A stretch of 64,000 nucleotides of DNA from Setoptus koraiensis (Eukaryota > Animalia > Arthropoda): positions 744,001 through 808,000 of the forward strand of contig CM106585.1 of the NCBI GenBank assembly GCA_048013815.1, given 5' to 3'. The position numbers and the translations under genes are program-made. Below the pieces are notes generated by a model. That model did no database searches. It was not told the origin of the DNA and saw nothing but the letters and a program-made list of their open reading frames with translations. Shown here piece after piece: positions 52,595 to 62,067 of the stretch. Within the stretch, counting starts at the first letter, position 1; every line of letters begins with the position of its first letter.

Positions 52595-54112
52595 TCAGCA
52601 TGCATGCTCATGCTGTTCGCGACGCCAATGGCCGCCCACATATATGAGCGCTGTGACGAAAATTGTGAACGCCGTGGTCAAAGCAAATATTATGCTGAAT
52701 TCAACTCCAGGGGGACCACTAGAAAGATGACGATGAACCATTGTTACACCACTAGCAGCTACATCGGCACCTTTTAGCCCAGTTGTAGCAAAAGCAGCCG
52801 CAGCCCCAAATCGGACCTCATGTTCAGTGTCCTGATAGTCTCTGATAAGTGATCTTTTGAACGATTCGTCATTGACGTTAATTCGTATGAATCTTGTTAA
52901 CATAAGGTGGACCACTTGTTTCAGTAGCCATCCCTTGAATCCACCTGAATATGTGTAACATATCGCTATCTAGTTCGTCGAAATTATCCTCTTGCTCATA
53001 GAGGTGAGGCGCTGGATTGTTTTTGTTGATACGTAGGTCTGCACTTCTGGTGACGTCAATAGTTATCAACTGTGCCTCATTATTCAAGATGTCTTTGTCG
53101 AATTTGACTAGTTGCTCTTGTTCCAAATCAACATTCACCTTGAGCAATAAAACACCTTGACAATATAGAATGGCTTTCAACCATTTTTGCACCCGCTCAT
53201 CCTCATTCAGGCTCAAATCGACGCTATTTGATTCATCCCTAGCCAGATATCCTCTTCGAGCAAGCCTTGCTATTGTATAGACAGAATTCTGGGCGTACTT
53301 TTCAATCACATTGCATGCGTGCTTTGTTTTTAGGAATGCCTCTAATTTTTGCGAACTATTAACTGTAATACCGATGGAGAATTCTGCTTCTGGTTCCGGT
53401 TTCATCGCTTCCAGCAGCAGTATATTCTCTACTCTATTAAAAAGTTTAAGTCTATCTTTCTTAGCCAAATTGAACAGGTGATTCATGGCAACCGAAAGTT
53501 TGTTCTCATACACATCTGACGATGACGACGATGATGGTCTCTCATTGTCGCTCCGTGAGACAGATTCAATGACTAGGTCTATACTTTCAATCAATTCAGT
53601 ATTATTTGTTTCAGCTGACTCAAGTTTTCTTGCAAGCGACTTCTTACAAGTGAGAACCACTTGACCGGCCAATAAAACGAAGAATTGAGATAGTCTGTGC
53701 TTTTGTTTACTAGTGAAAAAGAGGATCTTATTGTGGGCTATGTTATCTCGCATACGTCTTCCAAAAGCGATTAATTGGTCAGCGAACTCCGTTCGACAAA
53801 CTGAATGAACTTTAGACATTTGTTCGGTGATTTTTTTAGAGTTTCCAGGTCACTCAAGCCATCTACACTATGCATACATCGGTTCAATGTGGGTGTATCC
53901 ATTTTCACATCTTCGTCAATTGATGCCATGGAGTTGGTGATGTCGTCGTATTCAATTAGTTTGTTTGCGTAAAATTGAAATTCCTTAATTGTTTTGACAT
54001 TTCGAAATGTTTCTCTGCACACTTATTTCGTCCAAGTTTCAACAGCATCGGAATATGAACCGATAATGAAGATTACGCAAACAAATAAAAATGTATAGAT
54101 CGCGCGCCTCAT
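52595..54112 (-). pseudogene. Disrupted (or recoded) ~505-codon gene for an orphan type I membrane protein
   Basis: ATG at 54112 encodes signal peptide MRRAIYTFLFVCVIFIIGSYS-DAVETWTK, then an in-frame TAA (54025-54023) read straight into track ORF 54022-53771. A -1 shift at an A7 run (plus-strand T7, 53831-53837) joins ...DLETLKK to ITEQMSKVHSV... (ORF 53819-52878). A +1 shift between 52969 and 52878 joins ...CYTYSGGFKGWLLKQVVHLM... (ORF to 52595), which ends in TM FSIIFALTTAFTIFVTALIYVGG plus HWRR. Confidence 0.75.
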
Positions 54113-55148
54113 CCTCGAGGTCACCATGTAATGTTCTAGCTTATCAAAACTGTTTAATAATTTAGCTGATTGTTCATAATAAGTACTCGAGATTTTTCTG
54201 GGATTGCGAAAGATGTATTAAGCTCGAGTTTTCCTATGTACAATGACAGTCACGCATTCACACTAGCTCGTCTATCTAGCACACAAATAGTAGCTGAAAA
54301 AACTTTGGTACACTTTGAATTTACATCTTACCCACAAATATTCAATGTTTTGTCGTCGTTCATAAGTTATTGCCAGTAGCTTTAGCAGAACTTTTGTTAT
54401 GATCGTGTTGAAAATGGTCAACGTGGGACAACCTACATAACTAGAAATAGCACTTTTTCGTTGATTTTATATGCTTCAGAGAATTCTATCTTAAGTGAAT
54501 TCCATATTACTATTCATGTTTCGGTCTTGAACTGAATAATATGAGGGCAAACTTAATAGAATTCTATGTCGAAAGATAAGACCTCAGATAAAGACTTGTC
54601 ATTATTTCTGCATTTATTAAAGATCAAGTTGAAAGTTCCATGCCATTCCAAAATGTCAAGACAAGCAAGCGATATACCGAAATCCTAGACAATAGTACAC
54701 TAACTATCCGACTGTGGTTGCTTGTCTGATTGAGAGGGGCTCAGATCAATGAAAATAAATATTATCGAATTTCGTAGAAGATTAGAGATGCTAGAGCGCT
54801 ACAAAGAGAAACGCACCACAAAAAATGCTGCAGGTAATTGAAAAACAAACAATGTAGCTGAAAACAGACAATCAAAACCGGAAATTGATGACTAAGGTGA
54901 AAGAATCATTCACTACAAAACTCACAGTCTTCAAAGAGGGTAGATATCGGGTTTGCCGTCGCAGCTTACCTATCATCATTTCTCTTTCTGCTAGGTTATA
55001 ATGATATTGAATTATGAGTCAGAATTAAGCTATTATTAAATCTAAGTGGGGGGATGGATTATGTCGAATGGTTTTGCAAGTTTTTGATTGTTGTAGCAGC
55101 ATGGCGGCAATTTTTTCGAACACGATAAGGCTTCGGTCCATTGTGGCA

Positions 55149-55263
55149 TAAAGTGGCCTCTATTCAATAAGAGCCACTTTAAGCCTATGCCTTCTTAGTT
55201 CTAGTCAAGAGGCCACCTGAGGCCTAGGGGTTCGAACTCGAATCGAAACCTTTAGTGGCCTTT
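55149..55263. mobile_element. Degenerate relative of the 33914-34151 MITE
   Basis: Shares the motifs AAAGTGGCCTCTATT (cf. GAAGTGGCCTTTATT), GAGCCACTTTAAGCCT (cf. AGGCCACTTTAGGCCC), AGGCCAC and TAGTGGCCTTT. Has a 9-bp hairpin TAAAGTGGC/GCCACTTTA. No clear TIRs. Confidence 0.45.
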
Positions 55264-55807
55264 GAATGAATTTATTGTTGAACAAAGGCTGCCAAACAAA
55301 TGTGCACTACGGACATCAGAGGAACTATATATACATCAATACAATAGAGAAATACGATACCAGATAATTGATACAATTGTTGGGTGCTGTGTCGTTCTCA
55401 CAGGATGGAGTAAAATCTCGTCTCCCGACAATCGGAATATAAAAACGGATGCAAGATGCCTAGCATCTATTAAGCGATCATCTGGCCTGATTTGTGTCAA
55501 AATTTTGGCGAAAACCCATGCCATCCATGAGTCATTTTTATAGGATTCTGTCAAGCGAACTTTTCACCTGTAAGCGATATGCTTCAATTGTGCGTATGAA
55601 ATTGTCGAGACCGACACAAATTGAGCGCAGTTGAGAATAGATTTGGATATACGACCGATGTATTTTTCAAATCTGGAATAGATCACACGAAGAGAGTTGA
55701 TTTGGTTTGAATCTCATAAAATCACTGCGACCGCGATTTGTTTGTCTTCATTAGCTATCGGAGAGGTCCCCACATTGGGACGCCTCACTATTCGGGACCA
55801 GATTCTT

Positions 55808-55844
55808 CGCGCAAAATTCGAAAATTTTATTCGAATTTGGCGCG
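55808..55844. promoter_or_regulatory. 15-bp inverted repeat carrying two E2F-like sites, about 170 bp upstream of the PhLP1 ATG
   Basis: CGCGCAAAATTCGAA-AATTTTA-TTCGAATTTGGCGCG (14/15 arm match). Contains TTTGGCGCG and, on the minus strand, TTTGCGCG. Confidence 0.45.
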
Positions 55845-56014
55845 TGCAAAAAATGGCCAATTTTCGGTGAAAACAAAAGAAAAATAGAAGAAAAGTCGAA
55901 GAAAAACTATACAAATGAAGCGAATTGTAATAACACCTCAGATTTAAATATACCCCACATTCAAGGACACTTTATTTGTGTAGTAATACTTTATGAAGTA
56001 TTACTACAACAACT

Positions 56015-56731
56015 ATGGCAACATTGGAGGATAAAATTCTTAACGGGCCCACTGTGCATTATTGTGACGCAGGAGACGACGATATCAGGCACGATGAGAT
56101 TGATGGTGATGTTGACGTCGATGATGATGATAAGCCAATTGAGACTGAATTGAAACAAATGTCAATCATCGATGACATTGATGGTATCGATGGTGGTAAA
56201 TTACCTACCGGGAGTGCTGGCAAGTGGACGGGCGTGTCTAGAAATACCGGACCGAAAGGCGTAATAGCAGACCAACTGGATTCAGTCGATATAGAAATAG
56301 CTCAACTCATGGAGGATGACGAATGTCTAAGAAAATACATGAAGAAAAGGCTCCAAGTGGAAGAGCCAGAGTTTGGAGATATACGACATATTAAATCGGG
56401 CGAAGAATTTCTCACAGTCGTTGATAAGGAACATCCAAACGTGTTAGTCGTCGTCCATGTCTATGTTAGATTTTCCAGACCGTGTCTAGCTCTGAACAGA
56501 TCTCTCGAATTACTGGCCAATCAATATCGGAGGATAAGGTTTGTCACGTTAGACGCCAGTGTTGCTGGAATGAGTGCAAATTTCAAGGATAATGGTGTGC
56601 CAGCTTTGTTGGTATATAAGAACGGAAATCTAGTCAAAAGTTTGGTGAGGCTGACAGAAGAATTGGATCAAGATTTTGAATTTAATCAGGTGAAAGAATT
56701 CTTAGAATATAACGGAATTATAACTACATAA
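56015..56731 (+). CDS. PDCL: Phosducin-like protein 1 (G-beta folding co-chaperone), intronless, 238 aa
   Basis: N-terminal MATLEDKIL...HYC, the phosducin signature NTGPKGVI, EDDECL..Y.K.R, and a C-terminal thioredoxin-like domain (GEEFLTVVDKE...VVVHVY...PALLVYKNGNLV). Confidence 0.95.
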   Translation: MATLEDKILNGPTVHYCDAGDDDIRHDEIDGDVDVDDDDKPIETELKQMSIIDDIDGIDGGKLPTGSAGKWTGVSRNTGPKGVIADQLDSVDIEIAQLMEDDECLRKYMKKRLQVEEPEFGDIRHIKSGEEFLTVVDKEHPNVLVVVHVYVRFSRPCLALNRSLELLANQYRRIRFVTLDASVAGMSANFKDNGVPALLVYKNGNLVKSLVRLTEELDQDFEFNQVKEFLEYNGIITT

Positions 56732-56749
56732 CAAGAATATAAAACATAA

Positions 56750-57574
56750 CTAGCTGTTTTGTATCGTACGTTTCTTGAAGAAATCATCGATTCGAGTTTG
56801 TCTCAACTTGGGAGCGGTAGCGTCTGTTGATTGCGAATATTGGCTGCCATCAATGGATGATCTTTTCCTACTTAGACTGGAACTCTTTTTGGCCACATTT
56901 TTGTGTTGCAAGCTTATTTTTTCCCTTACATCGGAAGATACCGGTATATAGTGGTATAGTTCCTCTTCGGGCAGAATGAGACTGCTTGGTTTTGGTAAAT
57001 AGGAGTCAATGCGATAATCTCTCGCAGTTTTTAACATTTTAGAATAAGATGAGCATTGATCTGAATTGCTTTCTGCTAACAAATCTATGAAACTTGTATC
57101 GAGGCTATACTCGTATTTTGTTTCCTTCAATCGGGTGAATTTGTCGGCCACTAGACGTATATCTTGCCAGGCAGTGTTGGTTCGAACTTTTTTCAGAGTT
57201 AATAATAATTTTAACTGTAGAACTTCGAATTTAACTTCATGCCAAAAATACGATATATAATTCTCTTCCTTAAGTAAATTGTGAGGTGTCAATGGATCGG
57301 CATAAATAGTTTGTTTGACATCGTCAATATCAATATAAGTTATAGCAAGTCGCGTTGCGCCTTTAGATTCCTCACGGTATTTTTCTTGGAGTCTATCATA
57401 TAATTTACGCGCTAAGTAAATGATAAACTCTACCAACAGATTTCTACTTTTGAATTTGGCCTCCTTTGATAATCTATCGTTATCAACTTCAACACAATCC
57501 ATTGTTTCACTAGGCGTTTCATCGCTACAGCGTAAATCTATGCAAGTATTATGTTGTTGTGTAACTGTGTGCAT
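56750..57574 (-). CDS. Orphan 274-aa protein with C-terminal PCNA-interacting (PIP) box and basic NLS-like patches
   Basis: Long ATG-initiated ORF inside a dense housekeeping cluster. The C-terminus KLRQTRIDDFFKKR fits Qxx[ILM]xxFF (56800-56777); SRKRS is upstream. Family not recognised. Confidence 0.85.
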   Translation of the reverse strand: MHTVTQQHNTCIDLRCSDETPSETMDCVEVDNDRLSKEAKFKSRNLLVEFIIYLARKLYDRLQEKYREESKGATRLAITYIDIDDVKQTIYADPLTPHNLLKEENYISYFWHEVKFEVLQLKLLLTLKKVRTNTAWQDIRLVADKFTRLKETKYEYSLDTSFIDLLAESNSDQCSSYSKMLKTARDYRIDSYLPKPSSLILPEEELYHYIPVSSDVREKISLQHKNVAKKSSSLSRKRSSIDGSQYSQSTDATAPKLRQTRIDDFFKKRTIQNS

Positions 57575-57757
57575 GCTGCTAAAATAAATAATTTATGTGG
57601 ACATTGAGGAAAGAGAAAATTAGAGTCGCTCTAAGAAACACTTCATCCATTTAATTCTATATTACTATGCTCATATGCAATATATTTCTGATACATATTT
57701 CAGCTCTACCATACATACAAAAAATTACTCAACAATACAGACAAGAAGCGTGGCACA

Positions 57758-57994
57758 ATGGCAGGACCTATGCTCAAGTTGAAACCGATTAAAGCCACAA
57801 AGGATGCATTGTCAACACTAATTATTTCTAGCATTGCCATGATTACATTACCATTGATCTCTTATTATCTATTCAAATATCTATTCAACGATAGTACCAC
57901 AGGAGGTGCAACTGCAGCCATAATTACAGTCCATGTTATATTGGCATTATTTGTCTATCGTGCACTCAATGAGAAATCTGAGAAGCAAGAATAA
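57758..57994 (+). CDS. VMA21: V-ATPase assembly factor VMA21-like (78 aa, two TM helices)
   Basis: LSTLIISSIAMITLPLISYY and AAIITVHVILALFVYRALNE match the VMA21 pattern (L..LL.F.ALMIT.PI..YF; AAIVAVVAVHVVLALFVY.A.NE); C-terminal KQE. Confidence 0.9.
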   Translation: MAGPMLKLKPIKATKDALSTLIISSIAMITLPLISYYLFKYLFNDSTTGGATAAIITVHVILALFVYRALNEKSEKQE

Positions 57995-58350
57995 TATCTA
58001 TTTCGTATTCATATTGCTGCACTGATAACGTTCTTATTAAATTGTATTATATACATTGTAATCGGCTCACACCCACTTATTCATTTATAGCCCAGATGAA
58101 AATTGAATCTTGAAATAGCTATACTTCTATTATTGATATCCAAGACATCGCTATCTAAACTTAGTCCTCCTGTCTACAAAACAAAAATCATCCCCATGAA
58201 TATGTCAGATTAATTCATGCAGGCTACATAAGCAAGCCATAAACGTGCTGCTAATCTTGCACAAGATATTAATGCCCTCCGAGTTATACGCCCAAAACAC
58301 TTAAAGAGATTTAATTTATTTAATCAAAGGACCCGAGACGTTTTTCAAAC

Positions 58351-59987
58351 ATGAGTTACAACCAAGTCCAGCCGCGTGTTTTATCTATCCAAAGTCATGT
58401 TGTATCTGGATACTGTGGCAATAAAAGCGCTACCTTCCCACTTCAGGTAAACTTGGAGACTAGCTCCGTTGAAAAATAGTAATCCATTCTACTAACTTTT
58501 GTTGCCAACTACAATGCAATAAAATTTTAGTTAAATGTAGTCATATACCCTTGGTATGCTTTCGTATTATTTTTTTTCTGGTAGATCCTTAAGTAATTAT
58601 GAGTACCCACGACCTATTGACTATCTAGAAAATTATATCTCTCTCAAACCTTGATGCACGAATCAAATCATACGCTAGGTAATGGGATTTGAGGTTGACC
58701 CTATAAACACAGTACAATTCTCCAATCACAGTCAGTACAGAGCATGTAGAGGCCAAATCATCTCGAGCAAGGATCTTGGGGTGTTGGTAGAGGGACTTCA
58801 CTTGAATGGTCTTGATACTAGCTACACTCATATACTGACTGGATATATTACTGATGTGAATCTTTTGCATACACTTGCCAACGTTATAAACGATATTAAA
58901 CGAAAAAATCCGCAATGCATTTATGGTATGTTTTGATGGAGAGAAATTCTAATGTCTTGGTAGAAGCGTTATTATTTGTCAGACCTCAAATATCTATCTT
59001 TATTTAGTTACATTTTCAATTTTTCATAATAACATGATATCTATAATGACTTCTTCACAATCGCTCAATCAATCTTATATGTCAGTATGTGATCCTGTAC
59101 TTGGAGATGAGGGTAAATTGGTGAGTTATCTCTATGTACATTCTTTCTTAAAGTTCTAGGCCACGACTAGAATCATATCGGTTACAATATAAGTTAAATC
59201 TATAGAATATCACGTATCTTTTTGGTGACTGGATATTTCCTTTTCAAATATGTACTTGTGTGTTGAGATCCACGAATTCATTTCAATCCATTAATAGATA
59301 TCCAATCGTTTTCTTTTTTCAGTATGTACCGGAGGGTATTGCAAAACCACTTAAAGATGTCATTATTCCGTTAGCCGATATAGTAGTGCCAAATCAATTT
59401 GAAGCAGAGTGAGTCAAATACAGTTCTAAAGTTTTAAATACATATCAGATAATTTCATCACGGTCATTTGCTGTGCAGTTGGTTCCTTTCAATGAAATAT
59501 ACTTATCCCCTTCTTCTTATTATATTTACATTATCATAACATCAAACATAGATATCTCACGGGTATATCAATAAAATCACTGGATACAGCCATAGAGGCT
59601 ATGAATGTCTTTCACGATTGGGGAGTAAAGATTGTTGTTATATCAAGTGCTATTTTGGATAACGAAAACAATCTGGTAATTTTGGCTAGCCAGCAAATGT
59701 CCAATGACGAGAAGCCACATGTATTAAAACTGGAGGTGACCAGACAAAAGGGTCGTTACGTGGGTACTGGTGATTTGTTCGCAGCGTTGTTGACTGGATG
59801 GCTTTACAAGTCAACAAATGACATTATGATGTCATTGGAGAAGACCGTTAGCACTCTACAGCATGTGATACGTCGTACTCTGGAGATGGCTAAGGAAGAA
59901 TGTCCTCGTGGTTATGAGCTGAAGCTTATTCAAAGCAAGGTAGAAATTGAAAGTCCACGTATAGTTGCGAAGGCCATGAATATTTGA
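58351..59987 (+). CDS. PDXK: Pyridoxal kinase, 5 exons, 299 aa
   Basis: Exons 58351-58446, 58679-58925, 59086-59120, 59323-59408 and 59552-59987, all GT-AG and phase-consistent (900 nt). Motifs [59 protein letters not shown] and [10 protein letters not shown]. Confidence 0.97.
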
Positions 59988-60098
59988 TGTTTAGTTTTGT
60001 ATAAGATTATGTGTGTCAGAGTAGAGTAACGGTAGAATAGAAATTTTTGTTTGTTTGTATGTCTATCTTAGCTGGATTTGGTTGTTGCTGTTGTTGTG

Positions 60099-60299
60099 TT
60101 ACGCTAATCTACGCATAATTCTAATTCTAGTGGTTTTCTTGCGTGATGCCACCCAGTTTTTGGAGGGCATTGGCAACATCTCAGGTGGTGGAGGGCATGC
60201 AAATCTGGCGCCCGCATAGTACCTTGCCTGTCTAGCCGTTGGATCTGGAGAAGTGAGAGAAGGTAGAGGTGGTAAAATTGATAAAGTTGCCACTTCCAT
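60099..60299 (-). CDS. PNRC: PNRC-family (proline-rich nuclear receptor coactivator / decapping activator) microprotein, 66 aa
   Basis: YYAGARFACPPPPEMLPMPSKNWV matches the PNRC motif as I recall it ([23 protein letters not shown]). ATG start with an in-frame stop upstream. Confidence 0.8.
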   Translation of the reverse strand: MEVATLSILPPLPSLTSPDPTARQARYYAGARFACPPPPEMLPMPSKNWVASRKKTTRIRIMRRLA

Positions 60300-62067
60300 T
60301 GTATACTTATGATGCTGACTTGTAGATTAGATTTTTGTTATTGTTCGAATAGATGATCGGTTCAATTTGATTTAGTCGATATCTAAATTACATTCAATTA
60401 ATCAGTAAATATATATAATTTTTAATTGTTATATATAACAACTGCGCTACTCAAAATTCTTCGTTCTATTTTATTTTATAAATCCTCGTTTAAATCGTTG
60501 TAGATAATATAATTTAGTCCAGCTAAATTGTTGTCATAAAAGTGTTTCATTTGTGTGAAATAATAATGGTAATAATATAGATTTAGTTTAATAATATAGA
60601 GGATATTGTGACGATTTCGACATTGGCTGGTAGACGAAAAATTTATACGATTGCGTTGTTCTAACAAGCTTTTCTCTCGTTTTGACTATTCCATAGAAAT
60701 TCTCTTGTCTGGCAATAGAACAACAAAGATTACAACACTTTGCGCATACACAAGCGTGTTTCTTTGTTATTTGTGTGAGACAACGAACAAAAAGAAATCA
60801 GCAGTACAGTTCCTTTACAAAGGTTTCTATATATAAATCAGGTGTGCTCGCTGTAAACAATTTTGTGCGTGTGTGACTAATAGTGTGCCAGACATCAGAG
60901 CGACAAAATGTGTTAATGCAGGCGTAGTGAATACACAATAGCGGGGGTCACCAACACTTCTTTTCCCCTCTCACATGCGCACAAAAGTTGTGTATTGTGC
61001 GAAGTTTTACATGCTGTTCGAACAAACGGGAGACATTTGTTATCATGGGAGATCTCCTCCCAAGAATACCCCTCACTAGACTAGCGAGTGTCTAAACTTC
61101 TGGTTTCAATTAGTGGTCTTCGAAGAGACAAAAGATATCATCTAAATGAAAACGACAAAACAGGATATGTTTAACAAGTAGGTGTCAATTTTTTCTATTC
61201 CAAACGCACTGACAAGATCTCTGTGCGAGCTTGCATTTCCAAGGGAGATTCACAAGGTCTCCCCGAGATACAAAGGGAGAATTCGAAACAAGCGCTCGGT
61301 TGTGCGCAGGGGAAAGAACAATTTCTCCACCTGTGTTCAATCAAAAACAACATCAGTGTGCAAAATATCCAAGTCAAAATCCTTTATGTGTGCGCGATAG
61401 AAATTTTTGCACTCTTCTACACAGTTGACCGGGCAACCTTGCAAATATCTGACTTGTGTGCGTGCTATAAAATGATCTATTTGGTTAGGGCAAGATCTCT
61501 ATCAGAGATTAATGGTAGTATATATTTATTTACAGAGACACAGCTCGCCAACAAGTCTATCTAATCAGCGATACATTGGCTTACAACAATTGTTAATCAT
61601 CCATAATCAGCCACGGGATCAAATGAATTCTATCATACATTCATGTGTTTACCAATAAACGCATGACGACCGCTCATGTGTGCAAATCCGTCTACTGCTA
61701 GTAATTAATGGTAGTAAGTTTGCTTCGTGCAAACAAACTGATATATTATTGCTGATACAAAACTCGATGTCATGATCGGATTATGAGTCATGTGATTCGT
61801 ACAATAAGATTGGAGGACGATGGAAATATGTTCAACTCTATCAGTAGACACATAGATGCCTCAAAGGTGTCAATTGCTAGCGGATTATCGAGCTACAAAT
61901 GGTCTCGCCCAATCAATTAAACACAGACCTAGACACAGTGGCAAAACATTCGATATTCTTCACCCGCCTGCTGCCGAGCAAAATATCATCTATTGTTTCT
62001 GGCCACGTATTCAAAGATTTAGATTTACTTGACTGATTGTTATTTTGCTGATCATCAGGAAATCGCA

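Noticed and set aside
55227-55240. GGGGTTCGAACTC, resembling a tRNA T-loop
   Set aside because: No T-stem pairing, D-arm, anticodon arm or acceptor stem.
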